A stretch of 64,000 nt of DNA from Octopus vulgaris (Eukaryota), in assembly GCA_951406725.2 (NCBI GenBank), contig OX597833.1:34348001-34412000 (forward strand), given 5' to 3'. Position numbers and translations under genes: made by a program. This document shows, one piece after another, positions 11,780 to 24,534 of the stretch (its first letter is position 1; every line of letters begins with the position of its first letter). The notes under the pieces were generated by a model, which was not told the origin of the DNA, did not search any database, and saw only the letters and a list, made by a program, of their open reading frames with translations.

Positions 11780-13800
11780 CTTCTTATATCATTGATCCCT
11801 TCATGGAATCATTGATATTGATAACTTTATCAGCTCCCATCATGTAAATTTCTAAAATGAAATTAAAAAGTATAATGGGTAAAGAATTTCTTGATTTAAA
11901 AACAATTCCTTCTTTCTTTTGTGTTGTTACTGCTTTTTGATAAATACTTTAAAAAATTTAATGAAAATACTTAAAATTTATAAAGAACAATAAAAATTCA
12001 GTCATTTTATATTGATGTAGTTGAAATATTTAATGTGAAATATGTGTTTGGTGAACACTAGTTATTGCATCAATATTTGACTGGAAATTAATGACTTTTA
12101 GCCTTAAATTACTATATTCTTCCAGATTCATTCTGCTTCTCTTTCATTAAGAGTAAATTTGCATGAGTCAAACCTACTTCAACCATATATGAATTTGGAA
12201 ATATCAATAAAATGGGTTCAACTGCTGCACTAAGATTTGGGTATTTATATTGTTCCAATAATCACTCAGATTTTTGTTTTAAATAAAGATTTAAGCATAT
12301 CTTTGTGCACATTCAGTGCAACTTTGACTCAATGCCTACATTTTCTATTTCTATGTCAAATGGCAGAGCAATCCAGTTAGATGTGCAGTTTCTCCAAATC
12401 CTCAAAATGTAATTTAAAATCTTCTTGTAATTTTCATGGTCACTTTTGAAATTTTATCCTTTCTTTCATCTTCCAACTGCTATAAATTTGGGAAATAACT
12501 TTATTTTCTGCATGTCAATAAATATTTAAATAAATATTTTAGCTTGGAAACACATTAGAGTTATTTGAGCCTGAATAATTGTAACATCTTTGCCTTGTAA
12601 GTATTCCCATATTTTGTTAAATTTGAATATAGATTTGCCAGATAGAAAAGATGATTTTTTTTAACACTAATTTTAATTCATCACCACAAGAAACTCAACA
12701 GTGGTGTCATATAAGCTAACAATTCTCTGCAAGGGATCATCTCTTCAAACCTGCCTTACTTCAGTGTGCACAAGATGCTGATTGAAGGTTTTGGTTTTTT
12801 TTTTTTCCTCAACATTGTAAATAATTGTGATTTCTGAGAGTGTGGTTTTATTTTTTTCACTGATCCAATGCATTTAAGACAGCAGGTATTTCTCCTCTCA
12901 CATTCTTAGCTATGAGATAATTTTTGTGTCTTGTACAGTGGTCAGTACACACATCATTAACCTTTTTGTCTTGAGCAAGGATGCAAATCCTCTGTTACAA
13001 CCAACCATTACTGGTGCACTGTCTGAAGGCATTACATTATTATTCTCAAGAGAAATATTAAATTTTTGCAAATAATCCTCTAGGTATTACAAAATTGTCT
13101 CCTGTTTTGCATCAACTTTAAGATAATCAGCAAACAAAAATTCATCAACAATATACTTAAGATTTCGCTGTTATGGCATCACACAGGTTGTGAGAATATG
13201 TGAATTACTGAATGTTAGATCATTGAGTTGGACAGAAAACTTGTAATACTGAAGCTCTGACACCAAAGTTTTTTTTCCATATAAATGTCCATCTTTTCTG
13301 TGTGTCAATTCAGTTAAAGGTATGTATTTTAAAATAGGCTGAGAGTCTTCCTTCATAATATTTTCAATTACATCTCTAATAGCTGATATAATAATATCCT
13401 CACCTGTTATGTGATTTTCCTTTCTATGCTCTGGTGTATGATGCCTATATCTATGACATCATGTATGATGCCTTCAGTCCTCTGTCATAATTACCACTGG
13501 TGAATACATTAGAAATGTTAAATTTGACTGTTTTATAGTCTTTCAATGCCCTAAAATAATTCTAAGATCTTTTTTTTTTTACCAGAATGAACCCTTTAAA
13601 GGTAGTCCTTCCTCTTTGTCAGTTTCATGGCATCATTATAATTTTAAGGTTTTTTACATAACAGGTACATCCATGCAACACAAGAGAACAACTCCTTCAA
13701 CTGTCCAAATATGGCATAGCATATCTTACAAATAGATTAGGAAATTGCATAATCAATCCTTACCCTTTTAATTGCCAAAAATGATGCCTTGAACTTATCT
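11780..13800 (-). mobile_element. Highly degraded hAT (Buster/Charlie-like) transposase remnant
   Basis: Minus-strand SDSAPVMVGCNRGFASLLK resembles hAT TDGAPAMxG; many stops; boundaries approximate. Confidence 0.5.
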
Positions 13801-14084
13801 TCCCTTCTTGATGCACTTTATAATTTTTAAAATTTACTTAAAAGTTTTAATTCTATAATATCATTTGTAAATATACAACATATATGTATGTATATATATT
13901 TAAGCATATATATGGTTTTGTTAGAATATATTGCTTTAAAATACATGCCATACTTCTCTATTATCTAAACAATGGATACATTCTGTGTTGGTTTGATACC
14001 AGTTTGTGATACAATTGACTGGTGATAGTCAATTGTCTTGCTTTGAAGACGGTACAAGATAGTACAAACAATTTGTAAGAGCGA

Positions 14085-14482
14085 AGCTGTGTGGTAAGAA
14101 GCTTGCTTCCCAACCATATGGTTCTTGGTTCAGTCCCACTGCATGGTGTCTTGGGCAAGTACCTTCTACTCTAGCCTCAAGCCAATCAAAGCCTTATGAG
14201 TGGATTTGGTAGATGAAAACTGAAAGAAGCCTGTTGTACATATATATATGTGAGTGTGTATGTCTTTGTATCTGTGTTTGTCTCCCCACTACCGCTTGAT
14301 AACTGGTGTTGGTGTGTTTATGGCCCCATAACTTAGCAGTTCAGCAGAAGAGACTGATAGAATAAGTACTAGGCTTTAAAATTTTATATATAAGTCCTGG
14401 GGTCAACTTGTTCAACTAAAAACCCTTCAAGCCAGTGTTCCAGTATAGCCACAATCAAATGACCAAAACAAGTAAAAGATAA
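14085..14482 (+). mobile_element. tRNA-derived SINE (family A)
   Basis: GCTGTGTGGTAAGAAGCTTGCTT...GGTTCAGTCCC...CTTGGGCAAGT...GAAACTGAAAGAAGCC; internal (TG)/(TA) tract. Confidence 0.8.
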
Positions 14483-14642
14483 CATTATATATTATATATA
14501 AGAGTAAATGTATATATATATATATATTATATACTCACACAAATACTATGCATGTGTGTGTTTGTGAGCATATATATTCATGCACACACACACACATTTA
14601 TACACATCTTATATATATATAGTATTTGAATATATGAGTGTG

Positions 14643-14691
<49 letters not shown>

Positions 14692-15606
14692 TCATATATT
14701 CAAATACTATATATATATATATATATATATATAGGATGTGTATATTATGTGTGTGTTATATATATATATTATACACACATACCTTCACGGAACAGTATAT
14801 TATATATACAGTACATTATATATATTCTCTTTTATTTGTTTTTATATCTAAAGGCTGTGGCCATGCTTGAGCACCATACATATGTGTATGTACATATAAA
14901 TATACTGTGAATGTGTGTAGCCTAATGGTCAGGATGCTAACCTCATAATCATATGGTTGTGGGTTCAATTCCTGGACTTGATTTTATGTTATGCAAAACA
15001 CTTCATTTTATGCTGCTTTAGTCCACTCAACTGACGAGCAGCAGCAGCTGGAAGTTTATCTGTGATGGAATTGCATCTCATTCAGAAGGGATCTACAGTA
15101 ATCTCTCAGTGTCTTATATGCCATGTAAAGCCCACCAAGTGCTAGACTAATACATATGCAGGCTTGTGGCTATCTGTACACACACACACACATATTGCAT
15201 TCTTGTGAACTCCCTACTCATGCACCCTGCCCAATCCTTCATCACTCCAGTTACATTCACTTGTTTGTACATAAAAGGTATGCCCTGGTATCACCATCAT
15301 CTCTCCCTGCCACCCCTGTACAGCAAGACACTTATTTCTGTCACCTTGTACAAAGCCAATGCCCTTAATAGCACTCCCACCTCTCAGTCAAGTTACCTGG
15401 AGGCTTCACCAGTGCTGATGCCATGTAAAAATCACACAAAACATCCTGTAAAGTGGCTGGCATTTGGAAGTGCATCCAGCCATAGAAACCATGGCAAAGC
15501 TAATGGCAGAGCTTAGCATAGTCTTCTGACTTGCCAGTTACTATTAAACCATCCAACCCATGCCAATATGGAAAACAGATATTAAGTAATAATGATGCTC
15601 AATATA

Positions 15607-15940
15607 CAGGGTGTTTGAGATAAATTTTTGACAGTTTGCATAATAAGAAAATAAAGCACAATATCCCATCCAAAAATAAAAGCATTTCAAAGAAATGAAA
15701 AAATATTAACTAGATTACGGCTGATAGATAACAGTTTACTCAAAGTGGCCACCCTCAGCTTCCACCACAATCCGAAGATGGCTCTGGTATCTGGAGTATG
15801 CATTCCTCACTGTGTTCCTGTGAAGATCATCCAACACATCCTTGATCTTGGCCATCAGCTCAGGCTTGGTGTTGCAGATAGAGCAGTTGGTGTCTTTCTC
15901 AACCACACTTCCACATGTAGTAATTCATGGGATTGGTGAA
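15607..15940 (-). mobile_element. Tc1/mariner-superfamily remnant (C-terminus and right end)
   Basis: Minus frame ...ELMAKIKDVLDDL...IVVEAEGGHFE*; TA|CAGGGTGTTTG terminus. Confidence 0.65.
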
Positions 15941-15997
15941 ATTATAGAAATTCTCTGACAACCACTTCTGACTCTTTCTGGAGGTATGGTAAGAAGC

Positions 15998-16170
15998 TAC
16001 TTAGCGGTATTTCGTCTGTTTTACATTCTGAGTTCAAATTCCACCAAGGTCAATTTTGCCTTTCGTCTTCTCGTGGTCAATAAATTGAGTACCAGTTGCA
16101 TACTGGGGTCGATCTAATCAACTGGTCCCCTCCCCAAAAATTTCGGGCCTTGTACCTAGAGTAGAAAAGA
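15998..16170 (+). mobile_element. tRNA-derived SINE (family B), 5' truncated
   Basis: TTAGCGGTATTTCGTCTG...CTGAGTTCAAATTCC...GTACCAGTTG. Confidence 0.7.
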
Positions 16171-16329
16171 ATATTCACATAGCTTTCAGTCTTCCATAAT
16201 AGTTAACTTTTTCTCAACTATAACTTTAATCTTTATGCTATCCAAAGCTGTTGACTGTTCACCAATACATCAAGCTGTTCTTGAAAAAAAAAGGAAACAA
16301 AAAATTGTTAAATTTAGCCCAAACACCCT

Positions 16330-17480
16330 ACACACATACACACTTGCAGCTGGGCTGTCAGTATCAAGCAGATTATATCTCACAAACCCACCCATTCACT
16401 GAGGCTGGATACTTACTTCATCCTTCTCTTGGATTACTTGGAACATCTTTACCTAGATATCATACTCCCTACAAGTTTATGTATGGCATTTCTATCGACT
16501 CATTTTTCACATATTGAACATGACCACTTCCCAGATAACAGTAGTGTCTTGTTTTCTTTCTTGATCATAAAAACTTTTGCCTTCACTGAGTTTACTTTAA
16601 GAGCTTATTGAGTCTTGGTTTTGCTTCCACATTGAAATTTCTTTACTTATTCATCGATATATTCAGTTTTGAGAATTATATCATTAGCAGGTAGAAATTT
16701 ACTGGAAAGCCAGTCTAAAATTTCTGTTATAGCATGGAAAATTATAATAAACAGGAGAATTGAGGAATGAGAATCTGTGTCTGAATGGACACCTAACTGC
16801 ACACTAAATTCCTCATGGGACTCATTGCTAGCTCTCATGTACAGCATATAGTTTGCACATATTTCACAAGCCATTGATCTACACTTAGTTTCTTAGTGGC
16901 TACCAGACTACAGAGCATAGCACTCTGTTAAAGATCCTCTTGATGTCAACAAGTACCTGGTATAGCAGCTTGTTCTTAGTTAGGAATTTCTTCTGTAGTA
17001 GTCTCACTAGAAAGAAGGTATCAGAAGTACCTTGCCCTAGTGCAAACCCAAACTGCATTTCATATAAGTTCATTTTCTTCCTAATTAATTGGGCTGTAGC
17101 ACCTTCTGTTAATTTCATATGTTAGTCCATTGTTTTGATATCCCAGTAGTTTCTTTTTTCTAAAGCATCTCCTCAGTTCGTGATGACACTGCTTAGCTAG
17201 TCATTGAGAACTACCTAATCCTGCATTACCTGTTTGACTGTGTACGGGACTAGAAACTCTCCTATTTTGCCAGATATTAGTGTCTCAACAACCATACCTA
17301 ATGGTCTTGCTGATTCTCCTGCCTTCATATATTTCATGGCCAATTCAACCAGATAGCTGTCAGTTTCAACAACTTGTCTATCAACTCCTTCACTGTTATG
17401 TATGCACATGTGGAATCTAGCTTAAGTATTTCTCTTGAACACAACCCATATCTTGTCTCTGTTCTAAAATCCCTACAATT
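16330..17480 (-). mobile_element. RTE LINE fragments (RT region), degraded
   Basis: MQFGFALGQGTSDTFFLVRLLQKKFL...VDIKRIFNRV and FSVQLGVH RT motifs. Confidence 0.75.
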
Positions 17481-20400
17481 TCTCCGGACCTTCATTTCAG
17501 CATGTTAATATTGACAGTGGTGACTTTGAAGTTTTTTCACCTGACAGGGAGAAGGGAGATTCTGGTTGTTGGGATCTATTTTCTACTTCTGAATGAAAGT
17601 TAGTGCAATCCTTAATAAATGATTAAGGGGTTCTTACACATGTGGCCATTCTTACATATAATCACATGTGTAAGTACCCCTAATTTGTAACATTAATATT
17701 GTGTTAGCACAGTGTACACAATTAGGGATTTTCAATGATTTGATTGTCTTGATTTTTCTATTTTTATATCTGAAAGTCCTTTCTGTGATGAACCACTTTA
17801 CAGAGTGTTCAGGATGTATTATATGATGGTCCCAGTTCTAAAAAGATTATCTTGTCCCTGGCAAGATTAAAGAGTCTTTTCCAGTCTACATTGTCTTTAT
17901 TTGTTCACCAACCACTTTATAAAGTGTGGTTGGTATATTTTACTTTAGCACCAGTACTATAGAGGTTGTTTTGTCCTTGGTAAGACTAAAGATGAGAGAG
18001 TGATGGAAGACAAAGCAAGTGCTGAAAGAGAGAGGGGGAAAACTGAAAGAGAGAGACATCAATGTCAGCAGTGAGTGGTGGAGGAGATAGTAATGTACAA
18101 GATTGCAACAGTGATGAAGATAGGTGATGGTAAGAGACTGGGCATGATGGATGTCATTAGCATGAGTAATCCCAGAGAGAATGGCGGTTAGCAATGATGA
18201 AGTTGTGATGTTAAGAGGGGATTGGATCAAGACTGCTCCTATGTGATGGCATCTCTCATTATACTGACAGCTGAGAGAGATAGAACAATTACAGGAAGGT
18301 ACATGGACAGTGAAGGAGTGAGTGATGGATGATTCATAAATAAAGGGAAGAGAGCTCTATTTGAAGACTTAATATAGACATAATATTTGGAAGAGACCCA
18401 AATGTAGATATTATACAGCCAAACAATCTACATCACCTCCACCATCATCATTTTTACATCTGTTTTCCCATACTTGCATGGGATGAGCAAGTCCTCTTCA
18501 GCACAGCACTATGTCACAAAATACTCTCCTTCATGAGTTTGTACCTCATAAAGAAAATATTCTTAAGGAAGGCATATTAATATAACAATAAACAAGTAAC
18601 CAAGTATTATTAATCAAATATTAAACAAATAATACAAATTTTTAAACAACAAAATGTTACACAAGCACAATGCCATAAATTTACAGCTGGGGAAGGGAAA
18701 TGACATGATGTAAATTATTCCTATTTTTCTTGAAAGCATTGGCAATGTAAATGAAGTGAAATAGCATTAACAAACAAAAGTTAGGTCTTGTAGTCATTAG
18801 TCCAGGAGTTTATTTCTACTCCTTTTTACTTTTCAACTGTCTTAAATATTTTCAAGAAAATTGCTTAAATGAAGAATGATGCCTTTTGTAGAAAAAAAAA
18901 GATAAGTAAATAAATAAATAAGCATTCAGAGTTTTTAAAGGGTAAAATCCCAAATGAAAAAAAAAAAAAATCTTGTGATAGTGTTTATAAAGGAATGGTT
19001 ATCAAAGTTTCACAAGAAGTTATGGTAATAAAATATAAGTTTACCAAATGTCCTTGTCGTTTTTATTAAAGACTATTGCGATGCAAAAGACTAGGTCTTC
19101 TGTTTCAGTTGTGTCACATGACAAAGAATATGATAAATGATATTGAAAGTGAGTGGTGCCACCTGTTTCAACCAGAGAGAAAGGTACAAAAAATTAAATA
19201 CTGTATTTCTAATGAATACTGAAACTGCATTGCAAACAAACATTTCTGGGAGCTTGCTACTACTTAACAGGGCAGGAACATATATTAAAAGCCCTTAAAC
19301 TCTTTCACTTCATATCTAACCTTTTACTACCGTTGATTACATTAGATCCAGCAAGGAAGACCTGAACATACTGACCTGACTTGCTAGAAATAGCAGTCAA
19401 ACTCCCTCAAATTACAGCCAGCTATTTTAGAATGGATATATTAGATAATGTCTCTTTTTAAGAAGACAAGTGTAATTTAAGGGAAAAATTTCCCAGAACA
19501 CAGGAAAAATACATGATGAACACAGCTGGAATGTTTTTAATCATAGGTTTGCTCAATCAGGACTGATCTGATTGAGGATGAATTATAACAATAACACTTG
19601 TTCATCTGACCACAGTGAATCAAAGCAACACATCTTACATTTTCCTATAGCAGATCTGCAAATAGATGGAGTACTATCAGTTTCTATGCTGATTATTCTT
19701 AGCAGTTATGCTTCACCTCTGATCAACTTAGATAATTAAACAGTTGTCTTCAACATTGCTCATACAACTAAAGCCTACAAGCCCAAAGGTCCTGAATTGC
19801 AGCAGAGACTTCTAGACCTTGGTACATAAATTTCCACCAGAATTCTCCTCCTTGTTCCTCTTCAACCAGGATAAATCTGTTACACTTTTAAAAACAGCAT
19901 TTGCTGTCCATTCTATTTCAATCTACACAGCACACACACTCAACAAATCTTTTTCCACACAATCTGTTAGAGAGAATTTACAAATTGAGTAATGCTTAAT
20001 AGTATCTATTCATCTCCTGCTGGTTATTTTGTGACATGTGAAGGGACAATAATTTCATGCTGTTGCCTAGCTGATGCTAATAGGTCAAGAGTAAAGCATA
20101 TTTGTTGCCATAGAATTGTAAGCGATCTAATTAGTTGCAGGTTCTTGAGGTAGATGTAGTGTGTTTGTTGTAATTAGGGAGTGATTGGATTGGCATATGG
20201 AAATGGGTAGGGGTGAAAGCAGTAAAGGGTGTGTTTTGAAGTAGTTGGAGAGTTGGTGTGATTGATCTGGGATATATGTTGATAATAAATTTAAATGGTT
20301 GTTGATGGTCCAGAATGGTATCACCTCACTGACACTGTGTTGTGTGCATAACCAAGATACTATGTTCACAATAATCAAGTTCACTTAGCTCTAAATAAAT

Positions 20401-20967
20401 ATCAGAGTAGACAGAGTCTGTCACTGTAAAGCAGTGGTAGCACTTTAAATTAATAAGTACTGTCTAACCTTGTAGAGCTGAGTTCAAGTCCTGTTTGGGG
20501 GAATAGAGAAGGTGACTGAAATCACTTTAGTATATTCTTAACTTGAACCACAACTTGAGGACTACTTTTCATTCAATGACCCTATAATATTACATGACTA
20601 ACTATCACAAGACGCTCTGTTAGTTTTAGCTAATGACTTGAGTCAATTGCAGTATATTATGGTTAGCCAAATTATCAACTAGAGAAGGAATTTGAAATCA
20701 AAGAATAAAGTAAAAACTGTGACACATTTAATCTGGTAGTCTCACTTAAATGTTCAAATAAACATAAAAATGTCTTTGAGTTTTGTTTGCACAAATTACC
20801 AACTGTTGAATTTTGTGAAAAAATAACCTTATCCTTGTATGAGGAGGGGTGGTCATATTAGATCTGAACAATTGCGACCTGGCTTAGATCCAACAGCACA
20901 AATGAAGAAATGGAAATGAGCAGGTAGTAGTTATCTGCCACTGAAACACAGACAATTCCAAATATTG

Positions 20968-21173
20968 ATTACAAATTTTGGCACATGGCCAGCAAAAGGG
21001 GATAAGTCAATAACATTGACCCCCAGTGCTCAACTGGTACTTATCTGATCAACCCTGAAGGATGAAAGGCAAAGTTGATCTTGGCAGAATTTGAACTTGG
21101 AACATAAAAACAGATGAAATGCCACTAAGCATTTTGCCCAGCATGCTTAAAGATTCTGCCTGCTCACTGCCTT
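20968..21173 (-). mobile_element. tRNA-derived SINE (family B)
   Basis: Same body as 377-585. Confidence 0.7.
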
Positions 21174-21689
21174 GACAACTCTAAATATCAGAAACTGAAC
21201 AGCTTTTTTCTGGGGAGACACAGCAAATATATTAGACAAGAGAGAAACCTTTGTATTACACATTATTTATGACTTCATATTCAAAATAATTCTGTTAAGA
21301 CATTTCTGAAATTGTTTGTTAAATATTCAGGTTGAAGATGTGGTAGAAATGGTTGAAAGATAGACTATATATCATACAATTTGTGATTTCTCTTTTGATT
21401 TCAAATCCTGCTAAGGTTGAATTTACAGTCCATCCTTCTGGGTATTAAGCAAGAAATAGGGTCTATTGATTATTCTGTACCTGTGGCAGACACCAATATA
21501 TTTTCATCTCTTTTACTAGTTTCAGTTATTGGACTGTATATATGCAGTATATAATAACCTTTAAGAGTTTTAGTTTATTATATCAACTTCAATACTTATC
21601 CTAATTTGAAACTTATGTTAGTTCCATTTGTTGAACCACAAAGTTTACAAGATACAGCATAAGCTGAAGTAAATATAGGTCCAAACACT

Positions 21690-21778
21690 CATGCACACAC
21701 ATATATGTGAATATATATATCTGTACACACACACACATACATTGAATATATATACATATAGAAACATATATATATAAA

Positions 21779-21828
<50 letters not shown>

Positions 21829-21945
21829 CATACATACATATACATATATATATACATATACATATATACACATATAGACATACATATGTATATATGTATG
21901 TCTATATATGAAATATATATATGGTTATGTGTTTGTGTGTATAAA

Positions 21946-22000
<55 letters not shown>
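21690..22000. repeat. (TA)n/(CA)n/(TACA)n microsatellite cluster
   Basis: Direct low-complexity repeats; source of the spurious YI/MYV ORFs. Confidence 0.95.
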
Positions 22001-22003
<3 letters not shown>

Positions 22004-22019
22004 CTATATATTTTATGTA

Positions 22020-22578
22020 TTGGGTTGTCTGGAAAGTTCATGCCAATTTTTAAAGGAAAGAAAATGGTCAATAAATACTTGCCATTACATTTTTAATCAA
22101 CCAAATATGAACCATTTTGTTACACAATGTGTCTCCATCTTTTCTTTAACTTGAAAATACCCTCTTCCTAGAATTGAGGCGGTTTCATGGTAAAGAATTC
22201 ATCAAGGTATCTTTTTACGTCATCCAAGGAATTGAAATTTTTACCATTAAGACTATTCTGCAGAGACCTGAATAAGAGGAAATCTGAAGGAACAATATCT
22301 GGTGAATATGGAGGGTGGGTTAACACATCCAGCCGAGCTGCAGCAATCTGGATCCCAAAGCATCAAGTGCCGAAAATGAACTTTCTTATCTTCCATTTTA
22401 AAGGGTTACAGAATTAACACAGGTTATAGGAACATAAATTTTCTTCCACAAAAAGATAGCTTAAACTGTGCTCTAAATGGAAGTGTAGTCAAATCCTATT
22501 TTATGGACTCAACCATGTTCTAAAATAAGTCGAAAGGTAAGCTACTATAAATCGGCATGAACTTTTTGGACAACCCAA
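22020..22578 (-). mobile_element. Mariner internal-deletion derivative
   Basis: TIRs TTGGGTTGTCTGGAAAGTTCATGCC / GGCATGAACTTTTTGGACAACCCAA with TA TSDs; C-terminal PSDFLLFRSLQNSLNGKNF...KERWRHIV. Confidence 0.85.
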
Positions 22579-22796
22579 TATATACATATATTATATCTTC
22601 ATCATTTAACATCCCTTTTCCATGCTGGCACAGATTGGATGGTTTGAAAAAAACAGATGAGCCAGAGGACTCCAGTAAGTTCTATGTCTGCTTTGGCATG
22701 ATTTCTACAGCTAGATGGCCCGCCTACTATAAATTATATTGTTATATATATGTGTATATATATATAATGTGTATATATATATATATATAATATGTA

Positions 22797-23010
22797 CGAG
22801 GTGGTGTTGAAAAGTTCCAGGCTTTAAGGATATCATGAAAGGCCTGGTTGGAAGCACAACTTTACAAGTTCTCTTACAGGTCTTAGAAAAACTGAAGGAC
22901 TGCTGCAATAAGTGTGAATCTGAAAGGGAATATGTTGAATAAAATTATAATTGACTGATCTTCCTATTTTTTCTTTTACTCAAAGCCAAGAACTTTTCAG
23001 CATTCCCTCA
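22797..23010. mobile_element. Mariner-type MITE
   Basis: TA|CGAGGTGGTGTTGAAAAGTTC...GAACTTTTCAGCATTCCCTCA|TA. Confidence 0.65.
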
Positions 23011-23612
23011 TATATGTATATATGATATGCTTCTGCACAGTTCCTATCTCCTAAGTTCCACTCACAAGATGTTTGTCAACCTGAAACAAATTTCTTAACT
23101 ACACAATCAGTTCTGTAATCCAAATTAAAAAACTGATCAAAGTCACAATTACAGTATGTATAATATACATATGTCCAATTGACAGTACAACCCACAAATT
23201 TATGTACCAGAAGAATAATTCATAAATATTTTGTATTTGTAATATTTTATACAGTTGTCCCCACCTTTGTTATTAGTTCTTAACTCTATAGAAAATCGAT
23301 TCTGATAAATGTTTACTGTCCATTTAGTTTGTATATTTCAGTAGGTGTATACAAGAACAACACCGACTTCCAGGTACAGATGGTCTAGAACCTCTTATCA
23401 TTCACACAAACTTCAAATTCCAACAGCCACCAGACTAATTTACTACTACTAATTTACTACTACAGTAGAATATTAATAAACTTGTATCATTTATGCAAAT
23501 TTGATATTTGTTTAATTTAGGGTTTGATCACTTCTGGTTCAGAAAAATTAGTAATCTGGAATTGCTCTAGAACTAAAGGTTTCAGAAAAGCTATGCTATA
23601 CATGCATATATA

Positions 23613-23845
23613 CAGATATTCCCTATGTTATAGAACTGTTGACATTCTTGAAAAATCTTACCAAAATGTAGAATTCCATAATGTGTAAACTAATTTCTTA
23701 TTGTCTCAAATGACTCAAGAGAGAAACACACTGACATCCATGTTACATATCAGAAGTCAATAGAGAACATAGTTTCATGTTTTGGAATTTCATTACAGCG
23801 AGATTTTTCAGAAATGCAATGCTTCTGTAAAGTAAGGAATATCTG
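23613..23845. mobile_element. pogo/Tigger-type MITE
   Basis: TIRs CAGATATTCCCTATGTTATAGAA / TTCTGTAAAGTAAGGAATATCTG flanked by TA. Confidence 0.7.
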
Positions 23846-24115
23846 TAATGTTCCTTACCAAGAATATGTAGTTTTGTTCTATTTGTCTATTTGTTTATAT
23901 AACTGTTCTGCCTCTGAAGTTTGCCTTTGGTTGTGCTTCTATCTGCTTGACTACCTGTCTCAATACCTATTTAACTGATTTGTCTATCAGTCTTTCCCTT
24001 GGTGTATTTGTCTCTCTGCATATATGTCTATTCAATTATCTGTTTGCCTATCTCTGTATCTGTCTCTCTATCTGTATGTCTATCTTCATATCTCTCTGTA
24101 TATAAATGTAAATCT

Positions 24116-24205
24116 ATGTATGTATGTATGTATGTATGTATGTATGTATGTATGTATGTATGTATGTATGTATGTATGTATGTATGTGTGTGTGTGTGTG
24201 TGTGT
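24116..24205. repeat. (TATG)n-(TG)n microsatellite ~330 bp past the ZF stop codon
   Basis: Perfect tetranucleotide then dinucleotide runs. Confidence 0.95.
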
Positions 24206-24534
24206 GAGTATACATGCACTCATGTGCATGCATGTCTGTATGTATGTATGTAAGCTTTTTCTGTTTCTCTCTTAATCTCTTGATATTCATTTGTTTACGT
24301 TTGCTTTTGACTTTTTCATTGAATTTGGTGAATCCACTGCATAGATGTTGTCCAGTTTTGTGTGCATATATACAAGTGTGTATACAAGAAAGTATGCATT
24401 GTTTGGAATTTAAATAATATTGCCATATATATTGTATGTTCTTGTAATGACCTTTTCCACCAGTCATATTTTAATGTCTTAACTCAATCCAAAAGAGTCA
24501 GTAAAGGAGAAATAAAAAGAATATATTTAATAGT

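Noticed and set aside
14500-14910. ORFs rich in YI/HT/CV repeats (also ~21.6-22.0, 24.0-24.3 and 28.2-28.4 kb)
   Set aside because: These are translations of (TA)n/(CA)n/(TATG)n microsatellites, not genes
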